A stretch of DNA of 64,000 bases from Octopus vulgaris (Eukaryota): contig OX597826.1 in NCBI GenBank assembly GCA_951406725.2, positions 81,530,001 to 81,594,000 on the forward strand, written 5' to 3'. How positions within the stretch are numbered: the first letter of the stretch is position 1; each line of letters starts with the position of its first letter. The notes under the pieces are model-generated. The model was given only the letters and a program-made list of their open reading frames with translations. It was not told where the DNA came from and made no database searches. A program made the position numbers and the translations under genes. Below are positions 1 through 13,179 of the stretch, in pieces.

Positions 1-608
1 ATCAAGACGTTCTCACCTGTCAGAAGTTTCGGCAGCGGTATTCAAATCACAGTGAGACTTACAGAAACATTGAAAATATTTAAAAAATTCATTTTTCTGA
101 ATTATCGAAGAAATTGTGTCAGATCTTTTATTGAAATTATTGGCCTGCATTCAAAGGATTTTCAACAAGTCTTTTGACATGTTGGAAATATAAATTATAA
201 AAGGAGTAACTTGATTCAATGTATAAATGCCTCCCAGGTGAAAGATATAATTCTTTAAAATCCTTTGCTTAGGGATACGGATCTGCATTTGGCATAATCG
301 GCTTATGTAGAACCCCCCCCCCAACTTTCGTAAAGAGGAACTCTATTAAATCGATTAATAGGTTCGTATTAAGTGATAAAAACTTGCAGTTAGTTTTAAT
401 AGTAGCTACCACAAAATTTGGACCATAATTTGGCTATATTTTGTTCAGGAATAAGTAATTTCATTATTCTTATTTATTGATACAATACAGAAGTTAATGT
501 AGGTGTGTACTCCGATCATGAAAAACATCGAAGTAATCTTTTTTAAAGCAAAGGAACTGCTTGTCTTTACAGGCTTATGATGAACATGGTTTCATTGTTT
601 CTTCGCCT

Positions 609-800
609 TCATCATCATCATCGTTTAACGTCAGCTTTCCATGCTAGCATGGGTTGGACGGTTTTGTCTGAGGGCTGGCGAACCAGATGGCTGCACCAGG
701 CCCCAATCTTGATCTGGCAGAGTTTCTACAGCTAGATGCCATTCCTAACGCCAACCACTCCGAGAGTGTAGTGGGTGCTTTTTACGCGCCACCGGCAAAA
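609..800 (-). mobile_element. RTE-tail-type short retroelement (SINE or LINE 3' remnant) with (ATG)n tail; second copy at 47818-48035
   Basis: catcatcatc-tttaacgtc...catgctagcatgggttggacg...gatgcc(a/c)ttcctaa(c/t)gccaaccactc is shared with 47818-48035; simple-repeat tail. Confidence 0.65.
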
Positions 801-2649
801 CTTAAAGATATTTCCAGACCAACCAAAAATATGTTTGCCATCAACCGATCTCGATTAGTGAATCTTTTTAGACAAAAGATATCCTGTAATGAGAGTCACT
901 TACATGTATAAGTATAGGAAAATTCTTATAAGTTAGTTTATAACTTAATACTGCGGGCAAACATTTTTTCCTAAGTCTATCGTGTTTCAACTAAAAGCCT
1001 GCGGCTTGCTACTTTTCAAATAGGTTCCCTTCCTCGAGGTTATCCCATTTGCTCGAAACAATTTATACGTCATTAGTTACTCTTAACTTTTTCTTGTAGT
1101 ACCTAAGTTTAAATTCTTTTCATTCAGGGCGATGAAGATCGTTTCATTCAATGTAACAAATTTTATCACTATTACACTAAAAGTACATTCGATATAGTTG
1201 AGTAAATATCGATGATTTGAATGTAACCCCACCCAGCAAAAAATGTGAAAAGTGAGAGAAAAGTAACAATAATCAAAGAATAGATGCAGAATTTTATCAC
1301 TCAAAGCACTTAAAAGAAAAATCAATCAACTCTTAAAAAAACTTGTTAAGGCAAATATTTAGAGAGTGTTGGGGTTGGAGGAAGGGTCAAACACTGGAGA
1401 TCATAAGATTTTGGAATATACTATATTAATCTTGCTTCTCAGCTTCTAACCTTCTTCTTCTTCTTGATGTTGCTGCTGTTACCATTGATGTTGTATCTAT
1501 TGTTATTGATGTTGGTGTATGTCAGCTTCTGTCAAAAGATATTTGGACTATAAATTGGTTGTTATTACTCCAAATCAAACTTATGTCACGAAAATGTGTC
1601 ATAACAGAACGGAAAGATATAAAGTGCAAAACAGCTAAAATTAAAAAAACTAATAGTAGAATTTATTTTGAAGGAAAGGAAATGTGAAAAGGTACTCTCG
1701 TATGTTCAGGGTAACCTCTATCATATTGGATGTTAAGTATTTATAACAGAAACATATTGATTCGGGACTATCAGCTGATTAGACCATAGTTTTAGGGTTA
1801 GGGTTAGATTCAGCGGTATATGTATGCATTCATACTTCTATATATTCATATGATGCACCCGACAGTTTGAATAAGAATTGAAGCAAATTTAAATATGAAA
1901 TTTCATTGTGAAGGAATAACATTCCTTCTATGCTATTCATGTGCGGGGAAAAAGAGGAAGATAATCTTCTGATGAACCATTCCACAGTTTGTGAATCGCT
2001 CTTCAAAGGAGACGTATCCCGCTTCCTTCCCAATTTAATTGCATAGATCAACTGCTCTATAAGTAGTCATAAATTAGGAGAGCACCGTGGTGGATTGTCT
2101 AGTTTTCATATTTCTGCTTTTGACTCGACCACCAGAAGAAGTGAGATCAGTGACAAAACCAAACTCGCCATCTTGAATTCGTCATCATGAATCCTGGGTA
2201 GTGATCAAAAGAGTATGATTCCGAATACAGGCGATGATAAAAAGGGTATTCTTCTGGTAGATCCCTGAAGTACTGTTATTCGTTAGAGTGCGTAGCTCGG
2301 TGATCAGAGAACTGTTTCAGGTTGAACCCCACCTTCTCTGCATTGATATGTCACAACTCCGGTACTAGAGGTGTAGTGATGGGTACTAAATATCTGATCG
2401 ATAAGAAGGGGACAAAGATGCCTTTGAATCTCTGTCAGGATTCACCGAAAGGAGGAGAGAGTGATGAATTCAGCAGCGCCAATCCAATTGCAAGTGAAAA
2501 TGCTCACCGATTCATGATTAAAGAATTCTCGTGAGTCTGTAGGAATGAAACACTCTTCTGAAGGCGACATGAAAGCCACAGGATAGAAAAGACTGTACGA
2601 ATGAGAACCAGCGCACAGCGCTAGCAAATCAATCGACTGAAAATTAAAG

Positions 2650-4490
2650 TGAGGAGTCACATCACACTACCAAAGTCATCAACACTATTGATTAAGATGA
2701 AGAATTTGCGCAGGATCTTGATTCCGAACGCCAGAAGCTCGACTGGTAAAAGTACAAAAGAAGAAAGGCAGAGACTATACGAAATGATTGTTCACAAACT
2801 GAATGTACTGATTAGAAAGGGGAGCATAAATTAGCTATATCCGATGATGTAGTCTGTAAGCACGCTTATGGGATAAAATTGCCAACAATGAAAACACTTC
2901 GTCAGAAATCTCGGCGACAATGAAAGATGGATAAAGTCCAGAAAAAGAAAAGGATTCTCAAGCAACAAATGAAAATCAGATTTTGCTGGAGAAGCCCTGG
3001 AAAGATTTGAATTCAAGACACAGCACTCTCAACAGAGCAGAATCAGAAAGGAGTATAAAGAAGACTCGAGATCGCTTCTTCAGAGACCCGTTTATCAAGA
3101 AACGATTCGAGCAGCTAAAGTCTGGAACGCTCACAGCGAATAAGGGTACTCTTGAACAATATCTCAAGAAAATTTATTCTAACTCTTATGTGAAGCACCT
3201 CTTGGGATCCGGGGCTTGAAGTAGCCAGAAATGTCACTGGAAATGTTCAACAACAAATCACCAACTGAGGGAAATAAGAAAAGTATTTCAGGAAGTCAAA
3301 GCCAAGTCATCCTCTGGGGCAAAAGGAATTCCTTAACTGCTGTGTAAAAGATGGTCCTATGTTTGGTTTCAAAATTTTTAAGGTCAGCATGGAGGAACCT
3401 GAAGATCAGTTATCAGTGGATGATGGCTGGAACAGACGTCATGTGACATCAATCAGTTCAGGCCAAGATAAGTGAAATACTTCATAGTACTTTATAGGTC
3501 AACGAGAAAGAATGTATCCCGGGGATGTACAGATGCACAGAGTATGTCTCGATGATTTGGCACGCATTCCGAGCACTAGACCAGAGAAGGACTATGATAC
3601 TGTGTGGCTGGATATGCAAATACCTGTGGATCAGTCCCATATAAATTGATCCAATTGGCTCTTGAGATGTATCATATCACAGAACATCCAAGAAATGTTG
3701 AAAAGGTTCTTTCCCGACTTGATACTCCACAAAAGATCTTATAACAGACTGGATAAATCTAAAAGTTGGCATAATAATAGGCTGCGCCATTTCTCCAGTA
3801 GTGTTCGTGCTGGCAATGAAATGTTGAAGGTAGTGATGAGTGGCACATATCTGGTAAATACCGGAAACGAGTAGCGAACGCCTCATCTAAAAACCCTTAT
3901 GGATAAAACTATTGTTCTATATTTAAAAGATGAGGAATTATTTACATTTGACGGATACTTGTCCTCATCTTGTTTGTTGTTAACTCAACGTTTCGGCTGA
4001 TATACCCTCCAGCCTTCATCAGGTATCTTGGGGAAATTTCGAACCTGGGTTCTCATTCCCAAGGTATTTTTCGATGTTATTATTACTATTATTCAGGTCT
4101 CTGCTTGGAATAGAACTTCCAATTTCGGGGTTAGTAGCCTGCGTTCTTAACCACTACGCCATATAAAGGCTGGAGGGTATATCAGCCGAAACGTTGTGTT
4201 AACAACAAACAAGATGAGGACAAATATCCGTCAAATGTAAATAATGTAAATAATGTACTTTCCTCAAGTAAAGAGAAAACCCACAGGATACAGATGCAGT
4301 TAGTTGAGGTGGTCACTTCATCGAGAATGAACCTCAAACGTATGAAGCCACGAAGCCTCACTTTAGAAGGAGAAGGTAGGTGATTAGATCTCGCTCACTG
4401 CAGCAGTATCCATTCTAGCAGTATCAGAACGACCCGCCAGCCTTAGAAGGTGGTTTGATGATTCCTTGAATGAGACAAAAAGGAATTGAA
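2650..4490 (+). mobile_element. Decayed non-LTR retrotransposon, HERO/NeSL-like reverse transcriptase region
   Basis: Pieces read RDRFFRDPF..FEQLKSGTL, AKSSSGAKGIP*LLCKR, VWLDM/.GSVPYKLI, KTLMDKTIVL (FMDD-equivalent) and RWFDDSL. Many stops and frameshifts; interrupted by an insertion at 3938-4245. Confidence 0.7.
3938..4245. mobile_element. Inverted-repeat element, Penelope pLTR-like, with a hammerhead-like core and a tRNA-like SINE head in the loop
   Basis: Arms of about 80 bp at 3938-4016 and 4166-4244 are near-perfect reverse complements. Minus strand reads CTGATGA-a-GGCTG..CAGCC-GAAAc. A-box-like tggcgtagtggttaag on the minus strand near 4162. Confidence 0.65.
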
Positions 4491-5508
4491 GCAGCGAAAA
4501 TGATTTTCAGGCCTACCGACATTTCCTGATTCATTTTGGCTCCAGTCAACGCTTGTTAGTCCCCAAGAGCGGTTCCGATCACCCCAATGTGCTTTATGTC
4601 CAACACAAAGAAGCGAAATTTCATGTCCTTGTTCGCTTGAGATGACCACCAATATCTCTAGTTTCCAGAGTAGTGGCTCATGAATACACACAGAAGATAA
4701 CACTGGGAACAACCTTGATGGTCTGAGCGCACATGATGCTGTTTGATTCTGATAGGTGGCTATTTACCCTAAGCATCGTGCAGATATCGATGTATATTAC
4801 GGCGATCCAACCACCCGAGACGGAACCGAAATCGACTGCCGTCAAGAATTGTTGCTCGAATCGATCAAAAGTTTTCGATTCACCTGAGTTGATCAAGACC
4901 GCACCCAGGCCAGGTTCCTTGCCTATCCTCACTGTGATGCATCGCATGCGGTGAAAGTTGTCCTGAATAGGTCTGATTGGGTCTGCTTTTGTTAGCACAT
5001 CGCAAATCAAACTATTGATGTCAAGTGTCAACTGCTTTGCTGAACCTTGACCAAAATCTTAGAATCGGTGTTTAGCAGAGTTATAGACCAAAGATTATCA
5101 TTGAGGTCCCCCTTGTTCGGGACTTTCTCCTGAATCTCTTCCGATCCTCAACTCTCAGAACACTGTCTTTTTAAAACAATTGTATACAGAAACCGAAAAT
5201 AATACTTTTTATAACTCCATGATTACCACACAGAACAAAGAATCACTTTAAATTACTTAACAGTTTATGTTTATAATTGTCTGATTAATGTTCTGCGCAT
5301 ATCAACCATTTATGTATGGCGAATACGATTGGTTGCGTAGATGCACGTGTCTTGGTGTATCTCTAACAAATATGCAGAAATAATAAGGACCAGAAAAAAT
5401 ATATACATACAAATATACATAATAATATACAAAAATTATATACTCAAAGCACACGCAGTCCTATGTGTGTATATGTATGCATGAATGTATCTCTCTCTCT
5501 CTGTCTCT

Positions 5509-5555
<47 letters not shown>

Positions 5556-5639
5556 CGGCGCGCGCACACAGACACAGATACTCAGACACGCGCCCGCGCA
5601 CACTCCTATATATCAACCATCAACTAGGTGCGCTTCTTG

Positions 5640-6330
5640 TGTCCAGTCGTCCGCTTGCCAAGACTCCTCCTCTGCTACGCTGCATGTACAGCCAGGTTCT
5701 TGTTTCCAGCCCATTTTTCGACGTCGACAAACGTCTTTAATGACCTTTTGTGGTCTTCTCCTCAATACTTCCTAACAGGATGACCGTGGGTTGGGACCGT
5801 GGGTTGGGACCGTGGGTTGGGACCGTGGGTTGGGACCGTGGGTTGGGACCGTGGGTTGGGACCGTGGGTTGGGACCGTGGGTTGGGACCGTGGGTTGGGA
5901 CCGTGGGTTGGGACCGTGGGTTGGGACTAGTAGCGAATTGTGTGATCAAAATAAGATAACTTTGCGAACTTCATTCTCGACAATTGGTAACTGGACTTTC
6001 TGCGTTTTTAGTATTGCAGCATTTCTTACTATGTCCCTCCAGCTTATCGTGCCAAAATTGCGATTGATCTACATTTCAGATGCTTCCATTCTCAATAGCT
6101 ATGTACATTGCCCAACTTCTTGCCTCCCAGAGAACAGTTTAATACCTCGATTTTAGATACTGAAATGAAAATCTTTACCGTTCTAATAAATGTTGCTTTG
6201 CCTTATTCAATCTTTGAGTAATTTGTTCTTTACAAAGAACTTTCAGATTTTATTACTTGAAGGTTTCTTACTTGCTCAAATTTCTGTCCATCTTTGCATT
6301 TGCCTTTTTGTTCTATATTTGTAGTTTTTT
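5640..6330 (-). mobile_element. Decayed RTE-like LINE, RT thumb/C-terminal region
   Basis: Minus-strand pieces resemble LLYGxESW..., ISWRDIVRNAAIL, RKVILF*SH and VILLGSIEEK; split by a 13-bp minisatellite. Confidence 0.5.
5782..5927 (+). repeat. 13-bp G-rich minisatellite (GGGTTGGGACCGT) x ~11
   Basis: Perfect tandem copies read directly. Confidence 0.95.
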
Positions 6331-6734
6331 TGGCATTCATATTTGTACTTTTCTGGTTACCTTACTCTGTTACAAAATCCACATTTTCTTATAATTTCTC
6401 ATTGCTGAAGTCAATGAGGGACAATTTGGATTTAGCGCCAGCAGAGCTAAAAGGAATGTCATATTATGTTTCAGTGTTCTAGCACAGAAGCAAAGGCAAG
6501 TGAAAAAAGATCTATTTGCTTGTCAAGACATTTGGCCGTGTACACCACAGGGCGCTCATTACCTGTTTAGGAAAACCGGCTTAGAAGGAAACAAACACCA
6601 GAATATCATCTGCGCGTTTTATTTGAACTAAAAGGTAGCCATCAAAGTAGATCAGGAATTGTGAGAACCAGCGGAGATCAAAAGAGGTCTCAGACACGGA
6701 CGTGCGTTATCACCATACCTATTTAATATCTACT

Positions 6735-7054
6735 AGCACTATGACCCGGCAACGCTGGGTCATGGTGCTAGTGCATGCATATGCAGCTGCGTGCGTGCAC
6801 ACATACACGCGAGTACTGTCCAAATCTCCGACCAATCACATACAGCTAGCTGGCATTCAATTGACGTATCAAGTTTCGCGCATTTTGATTGGGTTTTGGA
6901 TAGAAAATTCACAAAAAGTCACTTCTATTAAGTTTTTAATGGCTTTGCGGGGTGACTGGGAAAATGTAAAGATGTGCACGACCACCCTTGGACGGTTTTG
7001 AATGACCATAGAAAGTGCAAGCCCTCTATCTGAAAAATTGTGGATTTATATAAA

Positions 7055-7094
<40 letters not shown>

Positions 7095-7118
7095 TTTGCC
7101 GTTTATATATATATAGAG
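6735..7118 (+). mobile_element. Non-autonomous Helentron/HINE (DINE-1-like) element
   Basis: 5' hairpin ctagcactatgacccggc..gctgggtcatggtgctag, an internal (CA)n near the 3' end, and terminal ...cgtttatatatatatag. This layout is typical of HINE-type elements. Confidence 0.5.
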
Positions 7119-8361
7119 ATTCTGAATATATCTTCAGAGAATCAGATGAGATTAAATCGCTCACACTCAATGGTATGAACATAAATAAAACTATACATTC
7201 ATACACCCCATCTCCAAGCACACACACATATATATATAACCCTTTTCACACATATACACAAGTACATACACACACACTTATGATGTATGCAAATACTCTG
7301 CGTGTATGTGTGTGTCACTGGATCAGCATTGGTGAGTGAGCGATAATGTGTGTGTGTGTGTATGTGCACGCTTTGTATACGTGTGCAACGTGTCCGAGTC
7401 AACGTGCGCCCTCACATGTGTGCACGTGCACGTGTGTGCATGTGTGTGTGTGTGTGTGCATGTGTGTGTGTGTGCATGTGTGTGTGTGTGAACGTGTGTG
7501 CAAAGTGAAATTCTCTGCTTAACTAAGAAATCAGTAGATGGGAATAAAACATTAATATACAAAAAAAAAGAAGAGAAACACCGAACCAAATTAGTTTTTT
7601 GTTGTTTTTAATTATATTTATTTTTTGCACAATCTTTTATATTATTTCCATTTCTTTTTAAAACTTCACATTTTCAGGGATTTAGGCTTGCCTCAATTAA
7701 TTCTGTTTTTTAATTACCAAAGTTACAAATAATTTCAAGTCTTCCGATTTTATGTTTTCTTTTTTTTTTTTAAATTTCAAATTAAAAAAAAAAAAATGAC
7801 ATTCTTTTGTTGGGTTCACTCCTTCTGTTGCCCCCAAAACAACAACTTTTAGAGGTGTTTTACATCGCAGATTTGTTTTGTAGTTTTTTTATTATTTATA
7901 TTTCGTTTTCCAGAAACAAGGTAACAACTTGTAATATCTTCGTTTTGCTATCTTCTTCTTTTCTTTGTTCTTGTTCATCTTGTTCTAAATAAGCGCAAGA
8001 AGATATTTTTTCGCAGTTTGTATCAAATGTTTGTTTATATCCTTCAATCAAAACACAAAAATTGTTCAACACATCTTTAAAAAATTGAAAAACAAAACAC
8101 TGTATCGAATTTCGCAATTTGAAGGCGGGAAGCGGAATAGATGATGATATTTTGGAATATATATATATATATATATATATACATACAAACACATTTATGT
8201 ATGTAATTGTTTGTATGCCGTATTATTACATGGAATATATGTAGTAATATTATCACATATTATTACAATTAGGATAAGATAATGTTTAACCAATTCATCC
8301 TGATAAAAAACAAAATAATTTTGTTGTGACAAAGTTCTGATATAATATAAGGATAGAGTGA

Positions 8362-8405
<44 letters not shown>

Positions 8406-8422
8406 GTATATATATATATATG

Positions 8423-8454
<32 letters not shown>

Positions 8455-8460
8455 TATACT

Positions 8461-8695
8461 GTTGAATCTGGGGAGGGTCATTTTCTTTTTGTGCCTTATA
8501 ATTTAACACATTCACCGGTAAAATTTCCATTTATTCTTTATTTTTATTTCCCTAAAATAGTCAGTACTATTGGAAAGGTTGCAAGATGCAACGAAACTTT
8601 TAGGAATATAAAAATAAGAAAGAAGGGGAAATTTTTACCGTTGAGAGTGTTAAATTATAAGGCACAAAAAGAAAATGTCTCTTCCCAGACACAAC
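8461..8695. repeat. Inverted pair of the same repeat core that is tandemly arrayed at 56.5-63.1 kb
   Basis: ttttctttttgtgccttataatttaacac..caccggtaaaa (about 8481-8523) is inverted against ttttaccg.tgagagtgttaaattataaggcacaaaaagaaaa (about 8633-8675); flanked by (TA)n. Confidence 0.85.
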
Positions 8696-8764
8696 AAAAT
8701 ATGCTTCAACACACGAACTCATATAAAGAATCTTGCAAACCAAATCTAAAAACGAAATATATGC

Positions 8765-9171
8765 ATAAATGTATATATATATATGTATGTATATGTATAT
8801 GCATATATATATGTACATGTGTATGTATATGTGTATGTATATATATATGTATATGTGTATGTATATATGTATGTATATATATGTGTATATATATGTATAT
8901 ATGTATATATATATGTATATGTATATATGTATATATATATGTATATATATGTATGTATGTGTATATGTATGTATATATGTGTATGTATATATGTATGTAT
9001 ATATATATATATGTGTATGTATATATGTATGTATATATATATATGTGTGTATGTATATATGTATGTATATATATATATGTGTGTATGTATATATGTATGT
9101 ATATATATATATATATATGTATGTATATATGTATGTATATATATATATATATATGTATGTATATATGTATG

Positions 9172-9202
<31 letters not shown>

Positions 9203-9230
9203 ATGTATATGTATATATACATATACAGTA
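8765..9230. repeat. Compound (TA/TATG/TG)n microsatellite
   Basis: Direct reading; it is the source of the long I/Y/M/C 'ORFs'. Confidence 0.95.
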
Positions 9231-9233
9231 TAG

Positions 9234-9371
9234 GTAGTGATAGGTATATTCCCAATGCAGCATTCGAGACGAACTCCTGGCTACCTGCAATCTCGTACTG
9301 GATCTTTCAAGAAATTCCAAATGCGTCCTCTGGCGCAGGAATTCCAGGTACTCCACTGGCAAGACCATTGT
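9234..9371 (+). other. Candidate isolated exon, frame and product unknown
   Basis: GC-richer island ending at a consensus donor GTAAGT (9372-9377). An ATG at 9255 would give [39 protein letters not shown]. No recognisable homology. Confidence 0.25.
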
Positions 9372-9719
9372 GTAAGTATTTCGATGAATAATGTACAATA
9401 AATAAAAAAACGACGAATGCTTATAAGGCAACGTTAATACTCGATACAGTTGTTTCTCGAGTACTTTATCTTCAACCATTTTCCATGCAAATGAATCGGT
9501 GTGAAAAATTATTCAATTTTCCTGGATGAATATTTTGGATTGGCATTTCATCAGACTGGCATTGAGTTGTTTCTGTATTTTGCCGAGAATATGTATTTGG
9601 TGTTACTTATATAGGGAAGGAACACGAGAATAATCACAATAATAATAGTAGGAACCAAGGGAACAAAACGGATGTAGGAAGAGATCTCAGGGTACTAAGT
9701 TTCACCTGGTTATCTATAA

Positions 9720-10900
9720 GACGGTTTCGAGGCATTGTAGAAAACGTCATACCAACATGTCTAAGGCCTGGATTGACCTTCAGAAGCTATGTAATATGGT
9801 GTCTCATTCTTAGATTGTTGAATGCCTGCAGATGTTTTGATAATATCACTAATTTTCTTCTGAGTAGTATGTTATGGTGAAAGGCCAAGGTGTACTCGAT
9901 CAATGTATTCCTTGGAAAAGTAGAAATTAAAAAGAGTATCTTTCAAGGTGATTCTTTTGTTATAGCATTTATGACTATAACACTGATACTTAGGCAAGTT
10001 AAAATTGGGGAAAGAAAAAAGACCATTCCTAAACAATCTTCTGTTTATGGATGACCTGAAACTGTTTGAGAAGTCCAGGTATGTAGCAGCGACATCAGCA
10101 TGGAATTTGGGAGTTTCAAATGCTCTGAGCTTAATATGAATAAAGGGAAGAAAGTAATGGTTTACGGCTGCCGTTGGGAGAAACCCTTAGGGAATCAGAA
10201 GATAGTAGATACAAGTATTTGGGGATTTTAGAACTGGATGATATTTCACATGAAGAAATGAAAGAAAAGTTTAGAGACCTATTAAAAAGCTGAATGCGAG
10301 AAATCTAGTCATTGCAATGAATATCTGGGCAGCTGCAGCGGTTAGATATAATGCACCCCTTCTCAGGTGGACTAAAGAAGAAATACCAAAGTTGGATGGA
10401 AAGATGAGAAAGTTAATGGCATTGTATGGAGCTTTACATCCTGAAGCAAATATGAATATATTGTACGTGAAGAGAAAGAATGGCGGTCGAGGTGTCAGCA
10501 GTGTGGATTATTGTATAAGGAGTAGAGACCGCTTGCAGAATACTTGATCAAAAGTGACGAAGCATTGTTGCAATACTCTGCAGAAGCTATGGATATAAAA
10601 AGAGAGGAAATGTTTGATAAGGAAGAATTTAACCAAAGAGTTGAAGAGAAAATATCTTCTGGAAATGAAAGGAATGGTTAGAATGGATGAAATAGACAAG
10701 CTATCAAATATAGCGTAGCATCATGGACATGGCTTAAGCAGGGCGATTTGAAGCTTACCACTGAAAGCCTTATAATTGCAAAGACTAAGCTTTTGATACC
10801 AGTTCTTTGAAATATAATATCCACAAAACATCTGGCACCCAGAAATGCAAACTTTCTGAAAAGAATGTAACCCACTTGGTGTGTGGATGGGAGAGCCTTG
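9720..10900 (+). mobile_element. Decayed R4/Dong-clade non-LTR retrotransposon (RT to zinc knuckle)
   Basis: AWIDLQK..MVSHS*IVECL, IFQGDS, NLLFMDDLKLF, YKYLGILE, RKLMALYGALHP..LYVKRKNGGRG. Confidence 0.85.
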
Positions 10901-11184
10901 TGAGAAAAGGGTTCCAGCGCCGCCATTGTAGAATCTGTTTGTCTGTTCATTGGCTTTTATGCCGTAGATGGCAATACTAAGAAATAGAGAATTGGTATGA
11001 GCATGTGCCGAGTAAAGTAATGCAGGTGGATGGGGGAACAACGAAATTTTGCGATTAGGATTTTTCAGTTTGGTAAAGGAATTGAGAATCGCCAACAGGA
11101 TATTGCCTCAGTGAACAAGAAAGACAAATGCCAAATGACATGAATATTGCAGAAATGGAGGAAGAAGATCACCAAGTACTCCAG

Positions 11185-11252
<68 letters not shown>

Positions 11253-11262
11253 CATTATTAGC

Positions 11263-11482
11263 AAGGCGGCGAGCTGGCAGAATGGTTAGCAGGCTGGACG
11301 AAATGTCTAGCGGCATTTCGCTCGTTTTCTCGTTCTGAGTTCAAATTCCGCCGAGGTTGACTTTGCCTTTCTTCCTTTCGAAGTCGATAAAATAAGTACC
11401 AGTTGCGTACTGGGGTCGATGTAATCGACTATCCCCCTCTCCCAAATTTCAGGCTTTGTGCCTATAGTAGAAAGGATTATTG
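11263..11482 (+). mobile_element. tRNA-derived SINE (core gactttgcctttcatcctttcggggtcgataaaa..agtaccag, MESC/Meta-like); partial copies at 11570-11730 and 31615-31790
   Basis: A-box tggcagaatggttagc and B-box gagttcaaattcc; conserved core; flanked by (TTA)n; many copies in this window. Confidence 0.8.
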
Positions 11483-12018
11483 TTGTTGCTATTATTGTTA
11501 TATGTTGTCATTATTATCATTAACAACAACAGCAACACCAAGAATAATAATAACAATAACAATACAAACAGTATTTCATCCGTCTTTATGTTCTGAGCTC
11601 AAATTCTTTCGAGGTCGACTTTGCTTTTGATCCTTTCGGAGTTGATGAAATAAGTACCAGCTGAGTACTGGGGTCAATGTAATCGACTAGCTCCGAGATT
11701 TCCGGCCTTGTGACTATAGTGGAAAGTGTTGTTGTTATTGCTGCAGTTTTGTTGTTGTTTTTACCGTGCTTCATTATTGTCCTTGTACTCATTCGTGTGT
11801 TTCTTCGCCATGGAAGCAATGTCTCGGCCAAATACAGAGACACAGTTTAATGCCAGTCTTTAAGGAAGTACCAATCTAAGAGATCCATGCGCACAAATTG
11901 CATAATTTCTCACACGGAATCATTTACATGCAAAGTGATTAGAGGCGGAATGATACAGAATCAGTTGTAAATTGTATTGAGTACTAAAGTTGGCTTGTAT
12001 TCATTCTTCGTCTTAAGT

Positions 12019-12049
<31 letters not shown>

Positions 12050-12108
12050 ATGTGTGTGTTTGTATATATATATAAATGTATATACATATGTATATTTACA
12101 TGTGTATA

Positions 12109-12143
<35 letters not shown>

Positions 12144-13133
12144 GCATGTATACTCACAAAAGAAACTGTGTGTGGTTGTGCATGTATACTTACCAGTATA
12201 CAATTCATATGTACATATATATATGCATACATACATACATTCTTTCAAATATACATTCTTTCTTATATACATACATGCATAATTAAATGCATCGAATTTA
12301 TTTGTTTACTTTTCGAAGGAAAGCAATATAAATACATTCCTGTTGGCTGAAATTGCAATTTCTTGGCGTGATTAGAGAGTTTAGCAAATTCTGTCAATTG
12401 TACAAACTGAATGAATGAATGCAAGACACGAAACTCACTCGTGATTATTTGGAATTGGGTGGGAGCAGAAAAATGTCGACTCAGAAGGACTTTTCATTAT
12501 AATTTCACTCCGCACATCGAATGCTTTCTTTCCTAGTTTTCAAGTTTTGAAACTAGGACGGCATATAGACCTTGTCGAATAAAAAACAAAAGAGGCAAAA
12601 ATCAAAAAAACAAAAACAGAAACAAACCAAAGCGAAACAACCTCCCCCCCCCACCGAAACTGAAATGCGCTTGCATATGGTTACTCGAACTGCAAGAAGT
12701 AGTAGCCAGATCTCCTCCAAATCACACCTCAATGTCAGAAAGAAAAGGATACATCAGATAACGTAGCCCTACATGACACAAAAATGAAATGTTTTTGCTG
12801 AAACGTCCTCAGAAAATAAGACTGATCTGGGGACAAACAACAAAGGCATCAACACGATTAAAAAAACAACAGCAGCAGCGATCCTTTCAGGTTTCGCTAC
12901 GAATTCATTCGATTATAGCATAACATTGGTCTGCAGAAGAACAACAAAATATTGATAAGCAGCGGTCAGAATCTGAAGATCGAGAGAAAAGAAATTCTTG
13001 ATTTCTTTCTGAATTTCTATCATGTCGCTTTACCTACCTACCTACCTACCTACCTACCTACCTACCTACCTACCTACCTACATACCTACCTACCTACCTA
13101 CATACCTACCTACCTGCCTACCTGCCTATCTAA

Positions 13134-13168
<35 letters not shown>

Positions 13169-13179
13169 TCCTTAATCCT

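Noticed and set aside
1792-1807. TTAGGG telomeric motif
   Set aside because: Only about 2.5 units; too short to call an interstitial telomere.
5737-6156. Repetitive 'GPWVGTVGWDR' ORFs
   Set aside because: They are translations of the 13-bp minisatellite.
8362-9479. Long ORFs of 150-290 aa rich in Y/I/M/C/H/T (also at 41-47 kb and 57-64 kb)
   Set aside because: They are translations of TA/TG/CA microsatellites, open in many frames on both strands.
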